DNA of 64,000 bases from Yuukianura sp. NJ FZ-2021 (GCA_046563655.1 CM102285.1:11656001-11720000); one strand, 5' to 3'; positions 25,101 to 40,100 are shown, numbered from the stretch's first letter. A program made the numbers and translations. The notes: a model not told the origin generated them from the letters alone.

Positions 25101-28100
25101 GATGGGCGGAAACGGAAACGCTGTGGTTTGTAAATTTGAAACTCGAGCTTCCGCTGGCATCGGAATTTGTTAACCTCTTGCCCAGAGTTATTGATCAGTT
25201 TAGAAAGCACGCCCAGTGAGTGGCCACTTTTGTTTGAAAAATGGCTCAAATTTGGTACATATTTGGTAACATTTGGCCAGTACTCGTTTTGCCTAGACCT
25301 CGGGTGACCCTATCCATGTTGTCACTCCTTCTTCTGGTATCATCTGCCTTTTTGACAAGAACCGCAGAGGCATCACCACTCCTGGCACTACGAGACAATG
25401 TGAGCATAAATATTCGGACAAGATCTGCTGAATTATTGATCTCTTTTCGGAAAACCTAACTTATTGTTTTTCAGCCTCTGCAAGGAATAGAGTTGTCCTC
25501 GGAACTTAGGTTTCATGACTACGGACAACAACAGTTCCACAACTACAACCCACAACAACGAAGACACAAACGACTCCTCTGCTTCTTCCATTGGATATTT
25601 ACCGGAAGCTGCTAAAAAATTAATGGAACAATCCCTACGTCTCCCGCCGTCCTTACAGCACAACCAACTTTTTTTTACTTTCTCCTCGACGAAAAATCAT
25701 CATTCATATCCTTCCGCATATCATAATTACAAATAACTGCAAGGGAGCAGTAGATACCAAACGGCTTCCGCTTCGCGAGAGAAGAAAGGAGCTTTTTCAA
25801 AATTTTGGGAAGAATTAGGACATGTACGTGATCTGAACACAGTACGTGTTCTAGATTCCAGAATTATGGTGTAGAGAAGGAGAAAATTTGGAAGATTCTT
25901 TAAGCTTACGTGATGACTTTTCTTCATTAGTCCTCTCCCGTCAACAATTGAGCTGAATTCAAAAAATTCTAATATTTTCTTTTCAAAATTTCTTTTTCTC
26001 TGAAACCTAAATTCTAAAAAATTACCAAAGCTCATATTCTAAATCTTGTAGTAAAAACTTTCTAATAAATCACTGATTTTCTATTGTTTTGCTAATTCTC
26101 TTCTGAATTTTGTTTCAACCCAGACGCAGATTCTGTGAAACCTAAAATAAGTTGGTTTCTCCCTTTCAATACTCCGTTCTATTGTTATTAAAAGGCGGGA
26201 TTTTGTATTTCGAGCACGTTGCAATGAACGCACAAGTCATACGGAGGAAGGCAGAGGACATGCCTCGGAGGTCTTTTTTTCAAGACTACAAACGGGTAGG
26301 TTGTGAGTTTATTATGCAGGGCCCTTCCAAAAGAAGTTCTCAGGAGGACAATATGTGGTATGACTCCGGTGAAAGTGAAAATGGGAGAGGGTGGACGTGG
26401 TGAAAGTAAATTGAGTGAATGCTGTGTTCCCGCGAGTCATAATAATCCGCCTGTTCCATTTCAGCTGAAGGAAATTACGTCCGATGCGAAATAGAAAATA
26501 ACTGAAGGTCTAGGTTTATAGTAGAAAGTATAGGCGGTGAATGCAGTTTTAGCCTGAAGCAACTCATCAAAAAGAGGGTGAAGGCAAGTTAAGTCGTCGT
26601 ATGTTCTGTCGAATACACAACGCATGTCGCACTGTCGCCATCACCAGTATTTCTATTTCCGTGGTGACAAAAATGACTCTTCGCCTGTAGCCATTTCGGA
26701 ACTAGGCTGATGCGCTTCTATAGCTACCACTACGATAATAGCTTCAACGTAATTAGATTATGAGATCACTCTGCTAGAGAAAGGGAAGTGAGCGACCGTT
26801 CGCTACTTTCTTTTTTAGAATAACATCAAAGTCAAAATCCAGACAGTTTTAGCTTTTTGAAAAGTTAAGTGTAAAGCTTTCACCCGCCCTCCATTTAAGT
26901 ACTTTCAACTGTTGTTTCTAAGGGCTTAAACTTTGACTTTAAAATTGGCACTCTAACGGCACTGCACAAAGACTTGCAGCAGCAGGGTGGCTATACCAAA
27001 ACAAAAGAGAAAAGCTAAAGCTAGCTTTCTCCGTTGGCGAAAATGTAGAGAAGGGAGCAACTATGTTACGTTATGAATTTCTCTGCGTGAAGTAATATAC
27101 GGAAGGAAACGAGCTTTCATGCCAAAGTTTAGGTGGAACCTTGTGCTCTCGCCGGTTCCAGAATTATTTTGGTGAAAGTTAAAAACAAATAAGCAAACTG
27201 CATTCATGTCCCCTCCTGCTGCTTAGTGTGATAATAATCGGTAGCATTAATCTTCAAATTCAATAGAACCACACACACAAACAAACTCACACAACCGAAC
27301 ATGAGCACAAGAGATTCGCAGGAAAAGTTTACAAAAGAAAAGCGAAGCTTTTACCTAGAAAATGCTTTTCAGTTTCTAAAGCTGAAAGTTGGAATTCGAA
27401 AATTTGATGAAGCAAATAAAGCGAACCATTTAGTTTTATCAGACCCAGAAGGCTAAATTACGCAAACCTTTTCATACTGAAACTGAATACTTTCACAAGT
27501 CTAGTGAAATCCGATTGTTTTTAGCAAAATGGATTTTTTAACACTTTTGAAACCTTTGAATCTCCAAGCTGTACAAACATTTTTACTGAAATTTCGAAGT
27601 AGCAGGCTTCATTTTTCATTTAGGTTTGCCTTGCAACTCATTATATTGTGAATTTCCGAAAATCATATTGACAAGAAATTTTTTAAAGCAAATTCAAAAT
27701 AGGTCAATGTACAGCTTAAAGTAAAATGAAATGAAATGAGCAGCGATTTTCTTAGTTTCAAAAAGTTTAGATTGAGAAAATGAGAAAACGAGAAAGAATT
27801 CAAGAGAATTTTAGCTGTGAATGAAGTTCCGGAAGTTGGAGAGGCCCATTGTGTAAATGATGAAATCAAATAAGGAGAAAGCGTAAGCACAAAATTATTC
27901 TGAAGAAAAGAGAAATGGAAATGGCAGGCGGAGGGACAATGAGCGGTGAAGAACATAAACCAGAAGAAGAAAGTCCTCAGCTCCAATGTATTTTGTATTC
28001 ATACTACAAGATTAAACCGTGGAAATTCTTTGAATTCGTCAACTTTCTCTTTCCTTTCAGTTTTGTACAGCCCGGGGAGCATGACAGAGCACGGCGGTAA

Positions 28101-31100
28101 CTTCGGCTCATGATTGTGTGGGAATGTCGTTGACGCTTGGCTTCTTCAGGCCTTAGCCTCTTTTTCTATGCCCTGGGTACTTATGAGCCCTTCAGAGACG
28201 GAGACAGTGGAAATGGAGGCGGAATAAATCCACTGACTCTCTCGGGTATCCAGCTTACTAAAGAAAAAGTACTACTGATTCTCTGTCGCTTTTCTAGACT
28301 AAGGGCTGAGATGAGATCCTGTAAAAGTTGAACAGACGGCTTATTTCTCAAGTTCCGGAATTGAAAATGCATATTGCATGGCCATAGGACCTAAAATTAC
28401 TCAAGTCGGATTTAATTCTAAAATTAACGGGAAGGTATTTTTTTCTTCAAAATTTGAAAACGGATTTGTGGGTACTTTTAAAAACTAAACCTCGATGCAG
28501 TAAAAGTTTCTAAATTTCAGACAACGAAATTATAAACCGAAGTATAAATTGTAATCTAGTATGTCTGGGTTTGTGACAAAAGTGAACTCAAACTCACCTT
28601 GACACGATTGAAATTTTAATTTCAATTTTACATAGCGAATTTAAGTGAAAACTGTCTTTTGTGCAGAAAAATGCGAATTTAAATTGATGTTGTCATTCTA
28701 GTGACGTCCTTTGGGAAGAAAAAGGTGAAGTGGCAGTCGAGAAGGTGTCAAAAAACATGTAAACTTTTCTAGCCTTTCACTTTCCAAATACATATTTTAA
28801 AATTTAAGGTTCATAAATCTAAATTGAAAGGAAACCAACAAGGAAAAGTAAAGCTGCTTGAAACTCACAGAGTCTTGTACAAGACACCGTTGCTAGCAAA
28901 AGTGAAAAAATTGAAATGAATTTTGAGTTTTTGCATATGAAAAGAAAGTTTCTTATTCCGTGTTTTTCAACTATTACTTTCTCTAGAGAGTGAAAGTACT
29001 TTGGCAAATATGAACATTTTGAATAGAAGCACTGCTTTTTGACTTTCACTTGTGATTGTCAGCGAATTCAAATTTTGAATTCAATTGCATCTACAAAAAT
29101 CGTACTAGATTTGCAACGGTTGAGCAAATTCTATTAAGTTGTTGGAATTGGAACTATAGTGAAGGTTGATATATTTTGAACGCAGGAGCTTGTAGCAAAG
29201 TTGTTTCATATTTCCCGGACGTGTTTGTTGTATGAAAAAGTACGATAAAATGGCCAGTGGGAATTGATGGAGAGGCTGTTTTTCCGAGCCGTTTTTTAAA
29301 GTAGGGAGAAGATGAAATTCGCAAGGGAAAGGAATGTTTCTTCTCAGTGAAAAAAAGTCGTGAAAATCAGAGCAACACGTAAAGGGGAAAAGCATAAATA
29401 GAAAAAGAGAAAGCAAGGGAGAGTGCTACAATAGATTTCCTAAGTTACAATACACACAAAACGAAAAAAGGGAAGGGCAAAATCAATTTCAGTTTTCTTT
29501 TTAACTTTCTCCGCACTCTTTTTCGTCTTTCATGAACCCTGCAACTCCATTTTCTAAAAAGTTGGTGCCATCATATTGACTACCTAACTTTTTAACTTTC
29601 TTCTTTCTATTTTGGTCCATCAAGTCGTAATGAAAAGGAGCACTTTGCTCTCTTCAATTTTAACTTTTTATTGCTTCGATTTAACAAACAAGTGACAAAA
29701 ACCCGACCTCTTTTCCAATAAGACGCATGCGACTCTTTTCAAAAAAATTGGCTAATGCTAAAACTGGAGCGCTAATGCCTTCGCATTGCACGACATTGTA
29801 GTAAACAATGAAAATTCTTTCAAACTTTTCGTCGCTTTAACTTTTTCTGCGGCCATCGAAATTTTTTCCCATAAGCCAAGCCTTCTTCCTAAACTTTTTT
29901 CTCTCGTCGATCGTTCACTGACAGTCTTCTATTTCCCACCTTGAAAGCTTGACACATTTTCTCAATTTTTTCCAAAAACCCGGGAAAGTAACTTTGCTGG
30001 TTGAGAAAGTGTCATACAATTTCAACTTTTGTATAAAAAAAAAAGTTAAAAGGTTCTAGAAACTTTTTAGTTGCCCCCATCCTCAGACGACTTTATAATT
30101 CATTTTCCATATAAAACTTGTGCAGCCTTTTCTATCGCGTTCCGATGCCTTTTTCAATCAATACGTTGTGTCACTTTCTATGCCTACAAATGCATAATGT
30201 TTAGGATTTTGGATTAGTCAAATCAATAATACTAACTAAAAGGATTCTTGCACTAAGCTTTCACTAGAGCGAACTGCTTTCTCTTTAGGGAACCATTTCT
30301 GTTACGTACAGTTTTTAGTAGAGCTCACGAATCTCGTACACTCTTTAGGACTAAAGTACGTTTGTGTTTAATTAATAATTCATTTCCGTGAGTAGTCACG
30401 AAGTTCTGAGAATACAAAGTTCCATATGGGAATCCTAAAGCTTTTCAGGAGTCGGCTACTAACTAAAAGCAAAAAAAAGGACAGCTCCTGGAACGCTTCA
30501 AACATAAATTTACAAACAGAAACGTGGTGCTGTTAGTAGGCTTAAAGCAGAAGATTTACCAGGAAGGAGTAAACTTTAAGTTTTGTTGATGATGTTGACG
30601 TTTGGTGAAAATGGATCAAAAGAGGACTGGAAACCTTAAGGCTCTCCTAGTTCCGCCTTCTCCTTCTTCGTAAAATGGTGTTTGTTCATCTCCAACTGGG
30701 TTTTCAATTATAAAAGCCTAATCTAGAACAAAATCCATCTTCATTTGAAGTTTTTGGGGCCTTCAAGGGTCCTCCCATTTCCTGATTAAAATCCATCCTT
30801 AAACTTTTAGACCAAAACCTTCTGGAGCAGCAGGAGAAAATCTTAGTTTTCACTAGAGAAAGTCTTCAAATTACGATGAGAGGTCAAATGTGGGGTGAGG
30901 TAACACAGGTTTCAGATATTCATTCCTAGAACAGCAAAAAGCCTACGTTGATTTTTTGTTACTTTAACATTTTTTCGACTTTCTGCAAGAGTGAAAGCAA
31001 TGGCCTTGACTAAAGTGCGACGCTTGACAGCAGAAATCAGTGCTGAGGATAGCGAGTTTGCCAGTATGTTTACCCGGCATAGCAAAAAAAGTTCCGAGGA

Positions 31101-34100
31101 ATGAAAACAAACATTAGTACCCAATGTCCAGCTTTCACTTTATTTTTCTTTGGATTTAGAGCCTCTAACTCTTTTAAGTTTTTCTTTTGTGTCCTCCAAC
31201 CCTTGTTTTACAGAAAACGGATGCGGGGGAGCTGGAAACTTGTAAAAATTTTCTGTTTGTTGAAAAAAAAAGACGAGGAGCTGGTGAAAGCAAAAGGAAG
31301 TTAGAAAGTCGTAGACCAACGACTGTGTATTTTTGGTGGATGGGCTTGCTGCTGCCGACTCTTAAGTCTTATATGGACATTTTTTCTACTACGCTTTCTT
31401 TTTTTGGCGAAAAAAACGGGAAAACAGAACTCCGAAATTTTTGGAACGTGGAAAGATCTCCCATGAGAATCAGTTCCTTCTAAGTGATTAATGTAGAGCT
31501 TCGACATAATTACTGACTTTGGATGGCCGTACCTAACCTAACGGTAGAGTGTAGGTTGTGTACGCACAAAACAAACTTTTCGTTTTTGCTTGGAGTCGAA
31601 ATAGAGTCCTCGCCAAAAATGAAAAGGAAGGAATTTCACTTGGGACTGCTTGGCGGCAAAAATGAAACTTTCTCTCTATTTGACGCTTGTCCAGTCCAAT
31701 TCATTTCAGAGAAAAAAAGAGAAGATTTTGGAAAGAGAATTTTTTCTGCCCAAATATTTTTATTTGTTCAAAAAGTTATCCAAGAAGATAATACGAAATA
31801 AACTCAGGAGAAAACCTGTTTAGAATAAAAAATGCATTGGTTGTAGCGTGATTTTTGATTGTCAAAACCCAAAATTTTAAAAAGTTTGCTACTGCTGTCT
31901 GCTCCTCCCTTATTTGAAATTTTGGCAAGAAATGGAAATGATTGCTTTCACTTTTCAAAACCTTTTTCTTTCTCGTTTGGAGACAGATGCGTGTAACAGG
32001 CTTCAGAATTTCTTTTTCTATTGAATTTCATCCTAAGTTCTATCGTACTGCTTTCTCTAACCTAACCTAGGGTTTGATCAGAATGCCGAATGAATGGAGA
32101 AGTTTTCGGTGCCAAGAGGAGGTCAATATACTCATCCATAATATTCAGCAGCCTCAACTGCAGTGTTTTCATCTAAGATGAAGGATGAAATGAGGAAGAA
32201 TGGTTGGAAATAAGGGGTGGATTTTTTGGACAGGGTGATGGACGTATCTTACCCATCAATCAACGGAACTTCTCTCAAGATCTTCTGAACAGTCTGCAGA
32301 CGATCTTTGGGCGAGGGGATAAAATCTTCATAAATTGCCAATGGAACGCCAACTCCGACTCCAACAATTCCAGCCAGCAGAAGAACACCGCCTACGAAGG
32401 CCCAGTGCCTCATTCTTAATTCTGCTCCTGCCAAACAGAATAAATCATTAGAACATTTCCATTTTACCAGAATCTGTCACAGCCCGAACAAATTTTCATA
32501 TCAAACGCTTGTTTTCTAGCAACCAACTCAAGATCATGTCTTAACTTTCACTAAAAATACAGCGTATAACTTAAAACTCTTGAGGCTTCGTTTTGTATAA
32601 ACTTCTGGAACGGACTTACTCCAGTATTTTCCCAATGGAAAGGTGCTTTATTCGTTGTCTCCGAGCTAATTTACAAGTACTAAAAGCACGGGCGCTCATG
32701 CGCATTGCTCCGCTGCTAAAAAAATTACTAAAAACGGTTTTTTCTTCCTTTGCATCTGAAAAATTCCTTTGAAGATTTGCCAAGTTTAGAACAAAGGAGT
32801 TTCTTTTGTGTCTTCACGGTAGCAAATTAGTAGAGCCAAACTTAATGACTGAGTCGACATTGTTTAATTAGAACCTTTGTTTTTCTAAAACAAGTGATTT
32901 AAAATAGCTTTTTTGAAATCCTGTAACTGCATAGGTAAAAGAAACTGTTTGTGCTGTTGCAATTTGCTGATGACAACACAGGATTTGGAGAAAGTCAAAT
33001 CCCCAAAATTTAATTAACGCCTAGGAACTTGTGTTCTATTCTTGTGCAAATTAACTCTTCATTAGTTTCTCTTTCATTTTGATAAACTAATTCAAAGCAA
33101 AAAAGGCCTAAGCAAAGTTGACTAAAGTTAGACTAAAGTAGTATCCTATGTTTTTAAGCCCAAAATTTACAGTAGCACAAACAATCTCCAGCTTCTACTG
33201 TTTGTTAATTTTATTTCAAGTAATGTAATAAAGCACTGCCTTTCAAGTTGATGTCTGTCAAGTTCTAGGAATCAGTCAAGAGGCGGAAGTGTCAGCGGGA
33301 GTTGATGATGTTACGTTTTTTAAAAAACTGACATTTTAGCTTTCTTTTTTTGAAATTGTAAATTCGAAAAGTCTCACAGCCTGCTTAGCCTTCAAGTCCT
33401 GCTGTGAAGTCTCCTGCCAACTTACCCTGCCATAAAAACTCATTACATTCAAGCTGTTTCTTTCAAACCCTAAAAAATCCTATTTCAAATGTTCTTCGTC
33501 TTTAGCCTAATTCGTAATTTCTAAACGAAAAAAACCAGCAAGGTACTTTGTAATTTTAAATTTACAATTTAGTTCTTCTTTTCTGTTTAGAAAAACGACT
33601 GGAGTGGCTCATGTGATGGGAATGCAAATTAAAATTAAAAAGAAAAATGACTCACTGCAAACTTTCACTTTTAGAATAAATTTTTCAATTGAAAATTTAG
33701 AGCCACTTCGCGACTTGAAATTTTAAAATTTTGCAAACAAGCCAGTTAAGACCTTACCTCTTGTATCTTGTATTTCAGGCTCGTTTTCTTCTTTGCTATT
33801 TGAACTGATTGAGTCTGCTTCAATAACTGTTCGGCCGTTGATTCGAACTGCGGAACCGTTTTGATTCGACAGTGGAAGACTGACGACTGTGGAAAATCCA
33901 ACTGGGCTCACTCGACTAACATCCGGCAATTCAATTAAACCTGTAGTTCCCTACAAGGAAAAAGAAGTATGAGACACATTGTTAAATTCAAAGGAAATTA
34001 CACCGGAGAAAGTGCAACTTTCTAGACTTTCTCTCCTGTTTTTTTAAGTAAAAAAACTGAAGCGAGCGGTGCAACACTCATATCCTTTGCTACAAAAACA

Positions 34101-37100
34101 CTGAAGAAGACTTACTCCCGCGCTTTCTCCAATTCCACAGACGTCTTTCTTAAGTCAACTTTCTCGTTTCTTTTAATTTCAACTGTACACGGACTTTAAT
34201 TACAGGTAGGAAATTAATTTCGACTCCTCGGAACATGCTCGTTTGTAACAGGAAAAAACTCAACTTTTTTTTACCTCACCTAACTTTCTCTTTCCTTCCG
34301 GCAGGCTTGGACACTATACGGAAATTGCTTTAGCAGAAAAGTGCGTCTCCTATTTCATTTTCATTACTTTATTAGGCTTATGCTAGTGAAATCCTGACTA
34401 GAAATTGATTCCTAGTGCCATAAAAGCCAGAGAATCCCTGGACTTATTCGACTATAATTCAAGTCCAGACCTCCATCTCCATTCTGAACCTATTGAAAGA
34501 ACAAGAAAAAAAGAAATTGCTTCCTTTTTGGAAACTTTGCACCATTCCGCTACTACAGTAGCCTTTCCTTTTCTATATCTTCCCATCAATAATGGACAAG
34601 TAGCCCACTAGATCCTGTAGATTTAGAACAGTTTCAAATGGGTTTACCATGCAAAGTACTGGTTACAAAAGGCAGAGAGCTACAGTAATGGATTCCGGAT
34701 TCTTCGGAACGAGCGAAATTCGTATCCACGGTTTAGCAATAATAAAGGAATTTTCAATTTTAAAATCAATGGGTACAGTAGTGTCGTTTTTATGTTTTTG
34801 AGAGATTCATGGATTTACAGGTTTTGAAACTTCCTTCACGCAGTCCTTCCCACTTGCTTTCTCTGCACAGTTTGAAGAAAGTTTTGGAGTGTTTGGGGGT
34901 GATGCCATTTGTGGAAAAGGCTCCAACTGAGCAAACAGGGAACGCATGAACCAAGAATTAATTGTTCCTTTGTTTTGATTACTTTGGACTCAAAATTAAA
35001 TTTCCAAGTTCAGTTTCAATTCCTTTTCGGAAGGAGAAAGTCTCAGCAGGAAAAGTACAATGGCGTAGGAGAAGAAAAGGAACCTTTCTTCAAGGAAATC
35101 CATCTTTACTCTGACGCTTAAACTTTATTCTCAGACTAACACGGACGGACACTAATGGACGTGCATACTTCAACCAAAAAACTATGTTAAAAAGTCATCG
35201 TCCATCGTCATTCTTCATATTCCTGTCAACTGTCCATTATAGTCGTATCTATACAAAATCCGTCCGTTGTCTATCAGAGCCATGACAACCCTGTCCGTAA
35301 GTGTCAGTACATGCGTGTCCGTCCCCAAGTGTCTCGTAACTTGCCAAACTGATCTCTGTGTTGGGCCTCCGCCTCCTCTTCATCAACTTCGCTTCTTTCA
35401 TATGCACTCCAGAGGCAGAGACTTCGAAGACGCTGGAAGCTGAAAAGCGCTTGAAGCGAAAGATCGCTGCTGGAACAAGCAAGTAATTAAGCAGGTTTAA
35501 TTTATAGCCTTCATTTCCCATGGCAGGTCGTATATTGGGCAGGAGGAATAAGGAAACCCATTACTTTCCCTTTTAACTCCTTTTCCCACCAACTAGAAGA
35601 AGAAAGTCTTCTGTTATTATTTGTAACATGCATTATGCTCCCTTCAACTCCAACCCCGAAAACCACCACTGCCACAAGTCACATTAAGGGCTCCCATGAT
35701 CTCTTCCTTTTGCTGAATAGGCCCCTTCTTAGCTTCCAAGACTTTAACCAGCGTCTTTGTAAAAACTTCTTTTTCCTTGTGTCAGATTATAAATTTATAG
35801 TGAAGTCATTACATTCCTGGTTGTAAGGAATTAATTCCAAATGTTAGGAAATTACATTTGAACAATTAATCAAGCCAAATTACATTCGAGACTTTCACAT
35901 CCGAAACAGGAGACTTCGGATTTCGCTTGAGAGGTAAGAAAAATCAAGTTGGAAGAGTTCCATGCTCAAGCTAACTATGTTTCAAGTTGCACATCCACTT
36001 TTCAGATCTGGCGAAATGGTTGTGAGATCACGTTTTAAGTTATGTTAAGTAAAGGTTATGAATAAATAGTTAGGTTATGTAATTTAGGTCACTGTCATTA
36101 GTCATCGGCTCAAAAGATCCAGTGAAAACACATTCATTGTCAGGGTCTCCGCGCTTACTACTTTTTTCAGCTTGTCATTGTTAAAATGTCTTAACACTTT
36201 TTCTTTCGCTTCCCTTGTTTTCAGGATTTGGATGTCAGAAAAGGTCACGTTAAATCCGCCTTCCTTTCTCTTCCGACGTCATTTCACTTTGACGACACTG
36301 GACAAGGGCAGTGGAGGGAGATTTGATGGCATAATGGAAACATATTGTATTTATAACCTCCTGGAGTCTTGTGCCCTAATGGACAAAGACTCACCGTTGT
36401 CCCCATTGTCCACCAAACCACAAGAATCTGAGACTGGTTTTGTATGACTTTCTCCATTTTCTCCACAAAAAAAGGTACCCGGGCACTCTGCCCGAAACCA
36501 TCCAATCATCATTTCATTACGCGATGCCCACTGACAGCTACTGCCCATCAACCTTACGTCCAGGAAAAATAGAGGTGGACATGATCCCATTTCCACTACA
36601 CAACAGTCCACTCCACCTCTTTCATCAATGCCAAGACAATGACCCATCCTGAGGGAATCCAGCCTCAGAGTAGCCTTAGGTTAGGTAGTTTCTCCTCTCA
36701 CTGGAGAAAACCACAACGAAAAACAGAAAAAACGACTGTTGTTTTCCCTCCGAAGATGAATTTGGTGCTATTACCTTGCTTTCAGAGGTGAAAGTCAGAG
36801 GAAAGACTGTAATTGAACATTAGGAGACAAGAGGGATAAGCTCCTAAAGAATTTAGGAGAAAGTAGGATCCATAAGATTACTTGTACTTTTCTTTCCCTA
36901 ACGAAACTATCCTTACAGTTGTTGTGGAGTGAGGTGTTAGTAGATCTACTTGGAAAACGCTTTTGACGATGACAGATTTGGGCAGAAAGTACCAGCAAAC
37001 CGACTCTGGTTATGAGAAATGGGGCGAAAAAGTTGAGCATTACTCTTTTTCCTGTTCATCCACTCGAGCCTAATGCTTAAGCACTTCTGCTAGCTCTTTT

Positions 37101-40100
37101 TCTGTCTCCTTTTTTCAACTATAAGTGTAATAAGTGTCAAAGGATTTAGCATTATGAGACTAACTTTTGACATAGGACGAAATTTTCTTCAAAAAGCGGA
37201 ACTAGTAAAGGATAAACCGAAAAAGCCGCATTTCAAAATTTCTTCCAAAATCCTTCGAAAACCGCATACGTTCAAAAGAGTTGTTCAGCAATTCTCGTGT
37301 CTTTCTAAAACTTTTCGAAAAAGCACAAAAAGAAAGTCGAATTTAAGTTTTACACTCCTTGTTCATAAAGTTTGAAATTTGCCTAAGCTTAGTTTAGTTT
37401 TTAGGTTTTGAGAATTTGGGTTTAAACTGCATGAAAATGGACACTTAAAATGATGCCTATCGTTGCATTTTATGAAATACTAATTCCAGAACATTTGTTT
37501 TTATGACTCTAAATCTGAAATTGGATTTTTAGAAAATTGGTCAAATTTTTTGAATTATACAGAACTGTAAAGTTTTTCAATTGGAGAAACGTACTACTTT
37601 CTTTTCTGAAATGTTTCCGTCGACTTTTTATGCGAATTTTTCTTTTGTAAATGTGGTTAGCACTACAAGCAGTTTGGAATTAGCCAGGGACACTCCCAGG
37701 TACTACTCAATTACTTGTTCCAAAGTTTGAAGCTTCGTTTAAAACTGGAAGTGAAGAAAGTCTTTTCCTTTTGGACAAAGTTTAGGCAATTAAGAAGGAT
37801 TTAATCAGATTAGATCTGCTCCACTTTCAAATTTTCAAGTTACAGAAGTTTTCCCTGCCGACAATTTCATAGTTGCCAATTTCAGTTTCCTTCGGCGAAG
37901 AAAAGGCAACAAAAGTAAAGAAAATCTGAAAATGGAAATTTTGTTTTTCCTTGGATTTGAAAAGTAAAAACTAAAAATTTCTTTTGCAATTTTTCTCTTT
38001 CTCTCAGCCTATTCTTTTTGTGTTCAAACGAAAATAATCTCCATGTCTTTGGAAGCTTCCTGGGAAAAACTATTTTTTTCGAAAAGACTACAACAGTAGA
38101 AGATGAGAGGGCGTCTCGGAATCGATATAATAGTTTTCCGCATTTGTGTCTTCGTTTTCAGAAATAACAAAACAAGAAAAACGAAAAAAAAAGTTTTGAA
38201 GCAATAGAAAAATCGATTTTGTCTCATTAAAATGCAACAAAGGCAACTGAACACTGTGGGCTTGGAAAACGATTTCAAATCCAAGTAAAAACTCCCGCAT
38301 CCCAAGACAAGTTAGGGTTTTGTTTTGAATTTGAACTGGGAAAAGCTCCAGAAAAGTCCCAAGGAGGAAGAAGACAAGAAAAGGAAAGGCATTTATAGGA
38401 TTTAAACTGTAGAAACTGAATAAATAAATAAGATGAATAGGATTTCAACTGTAGGAAGAGAAAGCCATGGCAAAGGGTTGAGGGTTGCTACTTTCACTTC
38501 AGACAAAGTCAAAGTGGTCAAATTGAGTTTACTTTGTGGTGATATAGAGGTTTGGGGCTAAGTTAACCCAGCCTAGTACTGAACTATAGTAGTAGTGTAC
38601 CGTAGAGCATAAAGAAGATAGAGGCTAATAAGGAAAACCACGGTAATCACTCCCATTTCTCTGGAGAAGGAGAAAAGTCAAGTGAAAGTACTGTTGCGAG
38701 ACATTGGCTTTTTATTGGTAGGCCATTAGGAAACCTTTGGTTTGGATTAGACCTGAGAGTCCAAAGAAATAATCAGTATCGTAATAGCACCAGGGGGAAA
38801 ACACTTTATGTTTCATTATTTGGAAGTGGGTTATGGGTAACCTCTTGTAGAAGTAACCTTCCGGAACAGTTACAGTTACCAAGGTTCCTTGACAACCGAA
38901 TTGTATTTTCTACAAAAGGTTGTCTAGTAACTCAGAGTTTTCAAAGATCTTGCTTCAAGCAACTGTTAGCACTAATTTAGCACCAATCCCGTTTGTATTA
39001 GATTATATGCAAAAAATTATCCTAGAAAGGCTAATTTGCTTCTTTCAAACAAATTTTAAAACTTCGAGTTATTGGACAACCTGTGGTGTAGAAAAATTTT
39101 TCTTTTGTTTATGAACCTTGGTAGTTACCTACACACAGGAACCTGCTGAAACTGGTTGCAGCTTTAATGTTACCTTTCTGGGTAACCAAAAATAACAACC
39201 AGACGTACGGACGGGTAGATTGGGTCTTATTGTGTAGCAGAAGCTAATTTTTGAAAAACATGTAACTAAATTCAATGAACCACTTAGCGATCCAAGTGCT
39301 TTGATCTTCCAACTCCACTGTAGCTTAGAGACGTCAAAAGTGAAAGTTGTTTGAACTTTTTATAAAAACAAATTCCGAATTTTCTTATTTCAGAGTTCGA
39401 TTCATTTTCTGAGTTGTCTGAGTTTTCTCTACTTTTTTCTTGGAATATTTTAGTTTGATTTGATCTGAGATTTTTCTCGTCTGTCCATGTCCAATTCATG
39501 TGTCCATTTAGATAATTTGCGATATTTGGTTACTCCCTGAGTGCCGGTACATCAAAGAGCACCGACAGTATCTTATTTCTTGTCTCGTATTTCATAAATA
39601 TGATTGAAATGATACAAAAACAGGAATCTGAATCACTCCCTTATGAACATTTCAAAGATTCGAGAAGTCTCTTTTCACTGGACAAGCCAAAGACATACAT
39701 CCTCCATGTTTGCTCTTTTTAGACATGTTTTTGTAGAGGAGAAAGTCTTTGTATTTGGAAAATGTTACACATCTCTACTTTCTCCGTCCTTAAAAGATTG
39801 GAGCGGAGTATTTCAAAGATTTCAACTTCAAACAGAAAAATATAGACTGAAGTAAATAAAAATACTGGAAAATAAGGAATAACTCGTTGGTAGACGTAGG
39901 AAAATAATGATGGGTCTTTCATTGATCATGACTGGAATACACTAAAAGGAGGGTGAAGAGGACAGAACCAGAGGATTTTGAGAGTCCTCACGTTCAGTTC
40001 AAGTAATCAATGAACATTTGGAGGAGAAAGGCCTTTGAAGACGACAAAAGTTTTATTTTCATCAGAAAGATTCAGCTGGACTCGAGAGGACGACAAAGAA

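Noticed and set aside
25515..25736. ORF-track protein [11 protein letters not shown]...
   Set aside because: Alternative frame overlapping exon 2 of the 74-aa precursor. The spliced frame explains the region better.
26152..26494. Overlapping short ORFs downstream of the nested peptide genes
   Set aside because: No consistent exon structure or signal peptide on either strand.
27915..28133. Possible two-exon peptide [41 protein letters not shown]
   Set aside because: Weak donor (GTATTT), very short product, no recognisable features.
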